A stretch of 64,000 bases of DNA. Origin: Acidobacteriota bacterium (GTDB lineage Bacteria; Acidobacteriota; UBA6911). The translations under genes and the position numbers were made by a program. This document shows, piece after piece, positions 19,671 through 29,225 of this stretch (position 1 is its first letter; every line of letters begins with the position of its first letter). Under the pieces are notes generated by a model, which worked only from the letters and a program-made list of their open reading frames with translations, was not told the DNA's origin and did no database searches. The stretch spans positions 6,144,001 to 6,208,000 of the forward strand of contig OY761556.1 of NCBI GenBank assembly GCA_963664705.1, given 5' to 3'.

Positions 19671-21461
19671 ATGGCTAACAGTTTATACTCACTCCGCCCC
19701 GACCATTCTTCTTCCGGAATCACCGGGGCACAGATATTTGCAAAACTATGCAAGGATGAAAACTTGCCCGCCCTTTTCTGTGCAGCCGGTAATTACCACA
19801 TCATCAATGCTATCTCGGAGACGGGGATCCCTTGCTACGGTGGTCGAACCGAAGGTGGGATGTGTGCCGCCGCGGATGGATTTGCCAGGGTGACCGGCGA
19901 AGCGGTCGCCTGTTCGGGGACTGAAGGCCCGGGGCTTACCCATATGATGATGAATATTGCCTGTGCCCATGCAGCCAATAGTCCGCTGCTCGTGCTGGCC
20001 AGCAATTCAAGCCTGGCTGCTGAAGACTGCTACAGTTTCATTCAATTCATGTACCAGCAGCCGCTGACGGAAGGCATGCGGAAATATGGGAAGAGAATCA
20101 CCGTGCCAAGCCGGATCTATGAATATGGCGCTGCCGCTTTCAGAAATCTGAAAACCGGCGTACCGGACGTCGTGCACCTCGATTTTCCTCTCGAGGTCGT
20201 GACCCATCGTTTTGCAGATGCGTCCGAACTGGAGCGCTCCTACGACAAAGGGCGATACCGCAGCGATTCCCGGGCGTATCCGGGCAGCAAGGAGCTCCAA
20301 CAGGCTATCGAAATGATCAGCAAGGCCGAACGCCCCGTCCTGATTGCCGGACACGGGATTTTTGTGCGCAAAGCCTGCGACGCGCTGCTGATGGCCGCGG
20401 AAAAACACGAAATGGCTGTGGTGGGTTCGGGCCCGGTTCGGGGACACTTTCCCGATGACCATCGCCTGTCCGGGAGCATGTCCAACGAAGCTTTGATGAA
20501 TGCGGACCTGGTGGTTTTCGTCGGGCAGTACTCGATGCCGCTGCCTGAAGAATGGACATTGCCGCGTGGCGTGAAGACCATACGCGTGCATCCGGAGCAG
20601 GGAGACCTGGGGCGCAACTGGCCCGTCGATCTGGGAATCGTGAGCGACGAAGCTGTATTCATGGAGGCGCTGGCAAACGGACTTCCAGGTAAAAAAAGGG
20701 ATTCCTGGGTGGGGGAGATTGCTGCTGCAAGGCGCCGATGGGAAGAAGCCCAGATGGGACTCTATACCCAGTTTCTCAAATACAGCCGCGATACCAATTC
20801 GCTTCATCCTTTTGTTCTATGCAAAGAAGTCCATGATTTCCTGTACAAAGGCGATATCGATCCCAAACAGACGGTCACCGGGTGGGGCGGAAACATGATC
20901 GGGTTCGGAGCCATGCGATGGCTGCGTGCCAACAGGCCCGGGCAGGAAGTCACGGTCGTGTACCAGTTCGGTCCCATGGGACCGGATCTTGCCATGATGA
21001 TGGGTCCAGCGGTGGCTATTCAGCAAGGCATCGGGCCGCATGCTGCCTATCAGGGCGCACCTGTTGTGGTTGTGACCGGAGATGCCGGCATGGCGTACAG
21101 CCTTCTGGAACTGGATACTTTTGTGCGATACAAGCTCCCGGTAATCTGCATTGTATATAACAATGACTGCTGGGGCACTTTTACCTTGGCAACGGATACC
21201 CCCGGGGCGTTGCATATGTATATGTTCCAGGAAGGCCTGCGCTACGACAAGATGGCCGAGCAGCTTGGCGTTCGAGGCGAGTACGTGCGGACCCCCGAGG
21301 ATCTACGGGCGGCTTTGAAACGCAGCTACGATGCCGCGGGAAGACAGGGGCTCTCGACGCTGATCAACTGCCAGGGGATTAAGGAATTCAACCTGCCTGA
21401 AGCGTATCCACCAGGACTGGATTTTTCGCCGGAGCCTGGAATCGGAGCCATTCGCCATTAG
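19671..21461 (+). CDS. Thiamine-diphosphate-dependent enzyme (acetolactate synthase / 2-hydroxyacyl-CoA lyase superfamily)
   Basis: RTEGG catalytic Glu, AADGFARVTG, GPG, and the GDA-x24-NN ThDP motif. Confidence 0.9.
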   Translation: MANSLYSLRPDHSSSGITGAQIFAKLCKDENLPALFCAAGNYHIINAISETGIPCYGGRTEGGMCAAADGFARVTGEAVACSGTEGPGLTHMMMNIACAHAANSPLLVLASNSSLAAEDCYSFIQFMYQQPLTEGMRKYGKRITVPSRIYEYGAAAFRNLKTGVPDVVHLDFPLEVVTHRFADASELERSYDKGRYRSDSRAYPGSKELQQAIEMISKAERPVLIAGHGIFVRKACDALLMAAEKHEMAVVGSGPVRGHFPDDHRLSGSMSNEALMNADLVVFVGQYSMPLPEEWTLPRGVKTIRVHPEQGDLGRNWPVDLGIVSDEAVFMEALANGLPGKKRDSWVGEIAAARRRWEEAQMGLYTQFLKYSRDTNSLHPFVLCKEVHDFLYKGDIDPKQTVTGWGGNMIGFGAMRWLRANRPGQEVTVVYQFGPMGPDLAMMMGPAVAIQQGIGPHAAYQGAPVVVVTGDAGMAYSLLELDTFVRYKLPVICIVYNNDCWGTFTLATDTPGALHMYMFQEGLRYDKMAEQLGVRGEYVRTPEDLRAALKRSYDAAGRQGLSTLINCQGIKEFNLPEAYPPGLDFSPEPGIGAIRH

Positions 21462-21465
21462 TGTT

Positions 21466-21520
21466 TTGACGATTGACGATTGAAAAAAGACATGTGCTTA
21501 TTTCAATCGTCAATCGTCAA
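21466..21520. terminator. 20-bp perfect inverted repeat built from GACGATT heptamers between convergent genes
   Basis: TTGACGATTGACGATTGAAA (21466-85) / TTTCAATCGTCAATCGTCAA (21501-20). Confidence 0.7.
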
Positions 21521-21532
21521 TCGTTAATCGCC

Positions 21533-22549
21533 TCACCTGCCGGAATCCGGAGTCCAGCCATTGCCGAGTCCATAAGGCAGCGTCACAAACGGCGCAGCCT
21601 CCACGTGGTAAATCAGGCCTTTCCTGATTCCGAAGGTTTCCATGGTAACCAGGTTTTGCAGCATCCCCGGAGGATCGTCGGGTTTGGCGCCACGGCGCGT
21701 GCCGTCGTGGACAAAGAGCGGGAATGTTGCAACGATCTGCTTCTCTTCGTCGACCACCAGGACTCGTCGCGGGCGGATGTGCTTCATGTAGGCGAATGTC
21801 TTTTCGTTGATCTGCTGTTCGCAAGTCAACATGCTGAATCGCAGCATTTCCCGGCCTTGCGGTGTGTCCGCGGTTGGCATGAATGGTGCCGGCATCATCC
21901 GACCGCCGGGCGGCGCATTATTCACCGTCTGATAGCCATTTTCGTGACGGACGCACTCTTTGGCAAAGGCGCCGATTTTACCGCTGTCCCCTTCCAATGC
22001 GTCAAAATAGGAATTGGCAACGCGGATGAGCATATCCCTTGAGGATCTTTCGGCCGGCGGAATGTCAGTGGTCAGAATCGGCTCCGGCGTGGTCAGGAGC
22101 GGTATTGCCGCATCGTTGATGCTGCGATCGTAGAGCTGCTCGATTTCCTGGATCCTTCCCCTGTCAACCTTCAGTCGAACCGCGACCAGCGCATTCTGCC
22201 CGCCGATCTTCAATCTGGCTTGCAGCGCAACCTGGCCGGCATCCGGATCCGCAATATAAATCCTGAAGGTCGTGGGTTCCACTTTGGATCGCCAAAGCAT
22301 GCCCTCTCCGACGCTCATTACCCCCGTGTTTTCCGTCATCCGCACGTCGATAGTCATCGGTGGAACGACCTTGGGATCGTGCTTATAAATAGCATCCATA
22401 TAGCCATTCATAATGCCGATCAGACAGTTTCGGTCACACGGCTTCTGATTTGCCGGATTCCAGTCCGGTTCACCTGCGACCGCGGGATTTGAAGCTACGC
22501 AGCAGAACAACAAGATCATTCCAAGTGCAAGTAAGTATGGTGCCCGCAT
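21533..22549 (-). CDS. Secreted hypothetical protein, CDRxCL family (paralog of 29226..30326)
   Basis: Signal peptide; CDRNCL, MTENTG, CVRHENG, IRPRR and PYGLGNGW motifs. Confidence 0.8.
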   Translation of the reverse strand: MRAPYLLALGMILLFCCVASNPAVAGEPDWNPANQKPCDRNCLIGIMNGYMDAIYKHDPKVVPPMTIDVRMTENTGVMSVGEGMLWRSKVEPTTFRIYIADPDAGQVALQARLKIGGQNALVAVRLKVDRGRIQEIEQLYDRSINDAAIPLLTTPEPILTTDIPPAERSSRDMLIRVANSYFDALEGDSGKIGAFAKECVRHENGYQTVNNAPPGGRMMPAPFMPTADTPQGREMLRFSMLTCEQQINEKTFAYMKHIRPRRVLVVDEEKQIVATFPLFVHDGTRRGAKPDDPPGMLQNLVTMETFGIRKGLIYHVEAAPFVTLPYGLGNGWTPDSGR

Positions 22550-22590
22550 CTCGCTCTCCTGTGATGGTTAGAATCGGGGGTGGCCCCGAT

Positions 22591-24654
22591 TTACTGCAAT
22601 TTTTCCCTGTGTGAGTCAATGTAAAGGCCGATGGCAAGAAGCACAAACATGATCAACCCGAGCCAGTTGCTCCATCCCTGCAGCCACGGGCCCAAAAGTT
22701 TTGTGAGGTCCGGCACTATCGTGACCTTCCAGGAATCCTCTATAAATCGAAGCAGAGCCGCCAGTACTCCGACTAGCGCCCCTCCCGCGATAAAGCCGGA
22801 AGCAATCAAAGTCCCTTTCTCGTGGCGAGCCTTATTCAAATCCTGATTCCTGGACGAGCGCTGGAGAAACCACGCAACCGCAGCGCCGAGCACCAGGGGG
22901 GAGTTGAGCTCCATTGGGAGGTACATTCCAAGAGCAAAGGCAAGTGCCGACACTCCGCACATAGCCATGACCACGGCAAAAACCGCGCCCAGCGCATACA
23001 GGAACCATGGCGCACCTTCTGCAGCCATGACGCCGCGCAGCACGGCGGCCATCGCATTCGGCTGTGGCGCCGGCAGGGGATTCGGATGCCCCGGGCCGGG
23101 AGCAAAGCCGTAGACCTTCGACATGAGCAGGATCACTGCCGTTGTCGCCGCGGATGCGGCAATGGAGCCGACTATATTGCTGATCTCGATCTTTTTCGGA
23201 GTGGCGCCAAGCCAGTATCCGATCTTGTATTGGGTGACAAGCGATCCCGACATCGAAAGTGCTGTGCAGACCACGCCGCCGATCAATAGAACCTGAAGCA
23301 TTCCGGATTCACCGCTCAAACCGAGAGAGGACAAAGCTACAGCGGTTACAATCAGTGTGGTCAGCGTCATCCCGGAGATCGGAGTGATGGAGATCATTGC
23401 GATTGCCCAGGCCGAGACCGCCGCAAACAGGAATGCAATGATGAGCGTCAGGAGCACAGAGATGAATCCGATCCTGGTCGCTCCCGGAGTGCCTGTCAGC
23501 ACGGAAAAGCGGAAATACAGAAATATCAGAATTGCTGTCGCGGCGATGCCGAGCATGACTGCCGACATCGGCAATGCGCGGTCGGTCCGGTCAATGGTAT
23601 TGTCCACGCCCTTCTTTTGCACCAGTCGGACAATCTCGCCCATGGCCTGGCGTGTCGCCTGCACGATGACTGGAGACATTTTTATGATCGAGATGATTCC
23701 AGCCGCGAAAATACCCCCGATCCCAATGGGGCGAACATATTGGAAGAACAGATCCTCCGGCGGCATCTGCGCCAGCGGAATGGCTCCGGCAGCAAGGGCA
23801 CCCGGGATGTACTGGCCGAGATAGGCAAACAATGGCACCAATACGAAAAACGAAACGAACGATCCGGCCAGAATGATGGATGCGTATTCGAGGCCCATGA
23901 TGTATCCCAGTCCCAGAACCGCGGCCGAGGTGTTCATGGTGAATACCGCTTTGTATTTGGACGTGAAGCCCTGAAGCGAGCTGATCGCGCCGGTGGAAAA
24001 ATTTTCCGCCCATGCCCGCATCGAAGGACCTGCAAAGTCAAACAATGCTGCCACGACTGCGGAATAGCTCAAAACGATGGCGCTATGCCCGCCGCGCTTT
24101 CCGGCCATCAGTATTTCGGTGGTGGCGCGCGCTTCCGGGTATGGCAGTTTGCCGTGCAGATCGCGGACGAAATAGCGTCTGAAGGGGGCGAGAAAAAAGA
24201 TCCCAAGGAATGCGCCAAGCAGCGGGACCAGGAAAATCTGAAAGAAAGAGGACCTGTTCTCGAGCCCAAGAATATAAATGGCCGGCATGGTGAAAACGGA
24301 GCCGCCGGCCACAATTCCGGCGGTTGCGCCCACGGCGAGCACATTGACGTTTTCGAGCAGCGTCGAAGCCCGGCTCTTCATGAACTTGACCGCAAAAACA
24401 GAGAACCCGACGGCCAGGACGGAGATCGGGATCGCCGATTCAATTCCTTGCCCCAATTTCAGCGCGATGTAGGTTGCGGCAGCAGAGAAAATGATCGACC
24501 AGGTGAAGCCCTGTACGATTGATCGAAGCGTGACTTCCGGCGTGATGGTTCCTGCGGGGATCACCGGAGCATAGGTCTCCCCGGGATTGAGTTCGCGAAA
24601 CGCATTTTCCGGAAGGCGAACATCATCCAAATTGGGGGGCGGGTTTTGCGTCAT
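22591..24654 (-). CDS. OPT-family oligopeptide transporter
   Basis: PEVTLRS, LKLG, SAIPIS, LPYPEA, LGATPKK and PAPQ motifs; many TM helices. Confidence 0.93.
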   Translation of the reverse strand: MTQNPPPNLDDVRLPENAFRELNPGETYAPVIPAGTITPEVTLRSIVQGFTWSIIFSAAATYIALKLGQGIESAIPISVLAVGFSVFAVKFMKSRASTLLENVNVLAVGATAGIVAGGSVFTMPAIYILGLENRSSFFQIFLVPLLGAFLGIFFLAPFRRYFVRDLHGKLPYPEARATTEILMAGKRGGHSAIVLSYSAVVAALFDFAGPSMRAWAENFSTGAISSLQGFTSKYKAVFTMNTSAAVLGLGYIMGLEYASIILAGSFVSFFVLVPLFAYLGQYIPGALAAGAIPLAQMPPEDLFFQYVRPIGIGGIFAAGIISIIKMSPVIVQATRQAMGEIVRLVQKKGVDNTIDRTDRALPMSAVMLGIAATAILIFLYFRFSVLTGTPGATRIGFISVLLTLIIAFLFAAVSAWAIAMISITPISGMTLTTLIVTAVALSSLGLSGESGMLQVLLIGGVVCTALSMSGSLVTQYKIGYWLGATPKKIEISNIVGSIAASAATTAVILLMSKVYGFAPGPGHPNPLPAPQPNAMAAVLRGVMAAEGAPWFLYALGAVFAVVMAMCGVSALAFALGMYLPMELNSPLVLGAAVAWFLQRSSRNQDLNKARHEKGTLIASGFIAGGALVGVLAALLRFIEDSWKVTIVPDLTKLLGPWLQGWSNWLGLIMFVLLAIGLYIDSHREKLQ

Positions 24655-26441
24655 ACATTTGCCTCGCCGTATTTTTCCATGACAGATTCGATGACTCGAC
24701 GCGAGAGGCTGTGATAACCCGGCTTGCCTTGCGCATAAATAGCCTTTGCCAGGGCTTGTGTTTGAGGATGCTTGCCCAGCGCTCCATAAAGCGGTCGCAG
24801 GTATTTCATGCGGCCCACCTCCAGAAGTACATCCTTCACTCTCTCAAACACCGGTTCATAGGCCGAGCCGGCGGCGATGGTCAGCCATTCAACGAGAATT
24901 TCATAATTTCCCCGGTGCGTGAGGTTGAAGCTCTGGTCGAGCCACGTCAGCGTTTCGGGATCCATTTCGCGCGGCAGATGCTGCAGGAAGACGAGAAGCT
25001 CACTCGAGTCCCAGGCGGCAATCTGCTTGGGTGTCGGACGCGTTCCCTGCTTGAAAGCGCCGGCAAGCGCAATAAGTTCATCGAGCGATTCCGATTTGAA
25101 CTCCGGGTTGTTGGAAGGCATTCCGGTTTCATAAAGCCATGCATTCAACTGGACGGCTTCGGCAGTCCCTGGGAGTTCCTTATCAAGGAAGGCGGTGAAT
25201 TCTTCGGTGGTGATCGAGGTAAAGCGGAATGTCTCCATGTATTTCCGCATAAACCGATCAAATTGTTCGCGGCCGACATGCTGTTCGAGGACATAGACGA
25301 GCCGGGCACCCTTTTCATAGGGGATGGAGGAAAACGCGTCATCAGGATCAATCCCGTTCAGCTCGGTTCGAAGCTTGGTGAGCGGAGAGTCGGCCCCAAA
25401 GCGTTCAACCGACTGCTTAAGATCCTTTTGCCCGATGGCCCAGCGAAGCGCGGAAGCTTTTTCGCCGTGCAGCGCATCCAAAATCCGGCGCTCGGCCCAG
25501 GTCGTGAATCCTTCGTTGAGCCAGAAGTGTTCCATCGATGCATTCGTGACAAGGTTGCCTGTCCATGAATGGGCCAGTTCATGTGCGATTACATCCACCA
25601 GGGAGCGATCACCCGCGATCACGGTTGGAGTCAGGAATGTCATACGCGGATTTTCCATTCCGCCAAATGGGAATGCCGGAGGAAGCACCAGCATGTCATA
25701 TCGATCCCATTCATAGGGGCCAAACAGCTGTTCTGCCGTTTCGATCATCTGTTCGACTTCGCCGAACTCGTATTCCGCTTTCTCGACCATCTCCCGTTCT
25801 GCCCAGACTCGGGCGCGTGGCGAAAGGTCGCGGGCATCGAGGTCGCCCGCCGCCACCGCCAGAAGATAGGGAGGGATCGGCTGCGGCATGTTGAATCGAA
25901 ACGCTCGAACTCCCGGAGGAATGTCCCTGATTTGACCGGCCGGTCCCGCAGACATCACCGGCGTAATTTCTTCGGGCACGGTCACTACCGCGCGATACGA
26001 TACGCGTACGCGCGGCGTGTCCTGGCAAGGCACAATCGTGCGGGCATGGATTGCCTGGCATTGGGAATACATAAATGGCTGCCGCTTGCCCAGCGTCATC
26101 GCAGGCTCGAACCACTGGAGCGCAATGGCTTCAGGCGAGGTCACATAGCCGATCATGATGGCCTTGGTTCCTTCCGGAAGCTCAATCCTCAATCGCTGTC
26201 CGAGTATCGGATCTTCCTCTCCGAGCTGGAATGGTAGCTCGACTCCGCTGTTCGAATAAACGGAACGGATGGTCAGTCCTTTTGTATCCAAATCCATCAG
26301 GCCGCTCGATGGGCCTTCGAGGACGTGCGTTACCGATCCCTCAATCTGATGCCGGGAAAAGTCGATAAACCACTCCAGTTCCCAATGGCGGGTTCGAGGT
26401 TGAGTGGTGTCGTAATAGGAGTGCGGATCTAGCCGAGTCAT
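24651..26441 (-). CDS. M1 aminopeptidase, leukotriene-A4-hydrolase-like
   Basis: SQCQAIHAR, GGMENP, HELAHSW..WLNEG, PYEKG and GRMKYLRPLY. Likely start ATG 26441. Confidence 0.95.
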   Translation of the reverse strand: MTRLDPHSYYDTTQPRTRHWELEWFIDFSRHQIEGSVTHVLEGPSSGLMDLDTKGLTIRSVYSNSGVELPFQLGEEDPILGQRLRIELPEGTKAIMIGYVTSPEAIALQWFEPAMTLGKRQPFMYSQCQAIHARTIVPCQDTPRVRVSYRAVVTVPEEITPVMSAGPAGQIRDIPPGVRAFRFNMPQPIPPYLLAVAAGDLDARDLSPRARVWAEREMVEKAEYEFGEVEQMIETAEQLFGPYEWDRYDMLVLPPAFPFGGMENPRMTFLTPTVIAGDRSLVDVIAHELAHSWTGNLVTNASMEHFWLNEGFTTWAERRILDALHGEKASALRWAIGQKDLKQSVERFGADSPLTKLRTELNGIDPDDAFSSIPYEKGARLVYVLEQHVGREQFDRFMRKYMETFRFTSITTEEFTAFLDKELPGTAEAVQLNAWLYETGMPSNNPEFKSESLDELIALAGAFKQGTRPTPKQIAAWDSSELLVFLQHLPREMDPETLTWLDQSFNLTHRGNYEILVEWLTIAAGSAYEPVFERVKDVLLEVGRMKYLRPLYGALGKHPQTQALAKAIYAQGKPGYHSLSRRVIESVMEKYGEANV

Positions 26442-26560
26442 GATTTCCTCCCCTTTCAAGGCTTCGAATGCCTCATTGTAACCCGAAGACCCGATTTGAC
26501 TAAAGGTTCAAAGGCAAACGCGGCCATTTACGCGAATTATTTTGATTCGGTCCGTGTGCT

Positions 26561-27805
26561 CTAGCGGGAGGTTTTGATGAAGCTCGCAAATGTCAGCGCA
26601 AACAGGCTGACGATGGCACACATAAATAGCGCCCAGTGATAGCTGCCGGTAAAATCGAAAATATAGCCCGCAAGCAGTGGGCCGAGCGCGGATCCCATGG
26701 TGCTGCCCAGCCCGATGCTGCCGAGAATCAGTCCGTGAGAGCGTAGTCCGAAAAGAGTGGCTACCACCGGCGATTGAGCGGTGCCAACTCCGCCCTGCGT
26801 AATGCCAAACAGCAAGGCGAGCAGAAAGAAAGCCCAGTGGGCATGGACCAGTGTGATGAAAAAGAAGGAGAGCGAAGAGACAATAAAGCAGAAAATGAGG
26901 ACGGGTTTGTTGCCATACCTGTCCGCAAGGGTTCCCAGGATGATTCTGCTGATCACAAACATGGCGCCCGTTACCGCCATGATGTTTGCTGCCCGCGTCG
27001 GCCGCATCCCGGAGTTGATGGCATCCGGGACGATGTGTACGTTGTAGGACATGGACACGGTCCCAAAGCAGAAGACCAGCGCAAAGAAAATCCAGAATTG
27101 GGATGTCCGCATGGCTTCCGGGTAGGTGTGTCCGTGGACTTGCGATGGGATTGCGGAGCTGTCCGGATTCTCTCCATAGGCAACTGATCCGATCGACGCC
27201 GGGTCTCGTTTGAAGAACTGTGCCGCAATAATAACAACGGTGAAAATAAAAAGACCCATGATCAGGAAGGAACTTCTCCATCCATGGCTGTCAATCAAGT
27301 GAGCGATATACGGAGGGACACAAAGCATGCCCATGCCCGCTCCACTGGAAACCAGGCCGGTCATCAGGTTCCGACGGGCTTTGAACCAACGGGCTGTCAT
27401 TGAAACCAGAGGAACAAACATCGCGCCCATTCCTATGCCGAGCAGAACGCCATAGAACAGGAAGAGCTGCCAGGGGGAATGGGCCAGTGCTGTCAGGCAG
27501 TATCCCGCGACTATCAGAATACTAGAAACCGAAACGACGATGCGCGGGCCGAATCTGTCCGCCAGCCCTCCGGATATAAGAGAGAAAATGCCTTCGCACA
27601 GAAATGAAATGGAATAGGCGGCGGAAGTGGTGGCTGCGCTGAAGCCCAGGTCTTTTGCCATCGGTTTGAAGAAGACTCCATAGGCAAAGCGGACTCCATA
27701 GGCGGAGAACAGAGCAAAGAAAGCGGCAATGGCAATAATAAATCCATAGAAAATGCCGGATTCGGTCTCGGTCGAAACGTCGACGTCTGGTCCTCGATTT
27801 ATCAT
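26561..27805 (-). CDS. MFS transporter (OFA/MCT-like)
   Basis: GLADRFGPR and GTLADRYGNK motif A; 12 TM helices. Confidence 0.9.
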   Translation of the reverse strand: MINRGPDVDVSTETESGIFYGFIIAIAAFFALFSAYGVRFAYGVFFKPMAKDLGFSAATTSAAYSISFLCEGIFSLISGGLADRFGPRIVVSVSSILIVAGYCLTALAHSPWQLFLFYGVLLGIGMGAMFVPLVSMTARWFKARRNLMTGLVSSGAGMGMLCVPPYIAHLIDSHGWRSSFLIMGLFIFTVVIIAAQFFKRDPASIGSVAYGENPDSSAIPSQVHGHTYPEAMRTSQFWIFFALVFCFGTVSMSYNVHIVPDAINSGMRPTRAANIMAVTGAMFVISRIILGTLADRYGNKPVLIFCFIVSSLSFFFITLVHAHWAFFLLALLFGITQGGVGTAQSPVVATLFGLRSHGLILGSIGLGSTMGSALGPLLAGYIFDFTGSYHWALFMCAIVSLFALTFASFIKTSR

Positions 27806-27901
27806 GGCGGACTAGCCTAATCATGATAAAAAGAAAATACACCAAAAATCGTGCCATGGCTGTCTGGTTGCCCTGTAAGATCTGAGAAAAAGGAGCTGCG
27901 A

Positions 27902-29167
27902 ATGCGAATTACGCGACTATTGGCCGTTTCTATCATTGTAGGGACATTTTCTCTTCTCTGCGGAGCCGTGGACTGGCCGCAATTCCGCGGGCCGCAGCGC
28001 AATGGAGTTTCGTTGGAACGCGGGTTGTTAAAGGAATGGCCCAAAGGAGGGCCTAAGCTTCTGTGGCAGCAGAAGGATATCGGAGAGGGCTACGGTTCAC
28101 CCGCAGTCGCTGGATCGATCCTCTATTTAGTCAGCAACAAGGGGATGGACAACGAATTCGTGCAGGCGATGTCGGCCAAGGATGGGAAACAGATCTGGGC
28201 CACAACGATTGGCAAGGTCGGCAGCCTGGACCAGAAGCCGCCCTATCCAAAAGCTCGAACGACTCCGACTCTGGACGGCAAATTTATCTATGCTTTCAGC
28301 TCCGATGGAGACTTGGCCTGTCTGGAGACAGCCAGGGGCAAAGTGGTCTGGAGCAGAAATGTTCGAAAGGAGTTTGGCGGTAAACCGGGGATATGGGCCT
28401 ATTCGGAATCGCCGCTGATTGACGGGGATGCCGTGGCCATTACTCCCGGCGGGGCGGAAGCGACAATCGTGAAACTGAACAAGAAAACCGGCGCGACCAT
28501 TTGGAAATCGGCAGTGGCGGAGGGTGATGCCGCCGGGTATTCGTCTCTCGCGATCGTCGAGACCGCAAGCCGCAGACTATATGTTCAGTTCATGGAGAAG
28601 GGTTTGGTGGGAGTGGACGCCAAGACCGGCCAGTTCCTGTGGCGCTACACCGGCATGGTCGGGAGCCCCGCAAACATGTGCATGCCGGTTGTCCGAAGCC
28701 CCTATGTTTATAACGCAAATCCCCGGCGCGTGGCCGGAGCACTCCTTCGGGTCAAGGAATCTCAAGGCCAGGTTGTGGCAGAACAGGTTTACCTGGAGCG
28801 CGGATTGCCGAATGACATCGGCGGCCAGGTGCTCGTGGGGGATTTCCTGTATGGAACCAATGCGGAAGGCGGTCTGATCGCCGCCGAATTCAGCACCGGG
28901 AAGATGCGCTGGAAAGCGGAAGGAATCGGGTCCGGTTCCATTACCTATGCGGATGGGCTTTTGTTCCTGCACGGCGAGAATGGAGACGTGGCACTCGTGG
29001 AAGCTACTCCTGAAGCCTATCGCGAGAAAGGGCGTTTTACACCGCCCGGTCAGCCGTCGCATCCAGGCGGGCCGATGGAGAAAGCCTGGACCTATCCGGT
29101 TGTTGCAAACGGCCGTTTGTATATCCGGGATCTTGGCACGCTCTGGTGCTACGACGTGAAGAAATAA
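27902..29167 (+). CDS. PQQ-like beta-propeller repeat protein (BamB-like), secreted
   Basis: Signal peptide, DWPQFRGPQRNG, repeated TGK..W units, PVVANGRLYIRD; AGGAG RBS before ATG 27902. Confidence 0.88.
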   Translation: MRITRLLAVSIIVGTFSLLCGAVDWPQFRGPQRNGVSLERGLLKEWPKGGPKLLWQQKDIGEGYGSPAVAGSILYLVSNKGMDNEFVQAMSAKDGKQIWATTIGKVGSLDQKPPYPKARTTPTLDGKFIYAFSSDGDLACLETARGKVVWSRNVRKEFGGKPGIWAYSESPLIDGDAVAITPGGAEATIVKLNKKTGATIWKSAVAEGDAAGYSSLAIVETASRRLYVQFMEKGLVGVDAKTGQFLWRYTGMVGSPANMCMPVVRSPYVYNANPRRVAGALLRVKESQGQVVAEQVYLERGLPNDIGGQVLVGDFLYGTNAEGGLIAAEFSTGKMRWKAEGIGSGSITYADGLLFLHGENGDVALVEATPEAYREKGRFTPPGQPSHPGGPMEKAWTYPVVANGRLYIRDLGTLWCYDVKK

Positions 29168-29225
29168 CCGGCTGGGAGCGTCACCGGCCTTCGCTGAAGC
29201 TATGGCTGGCGACGCTCCCGCGGTT

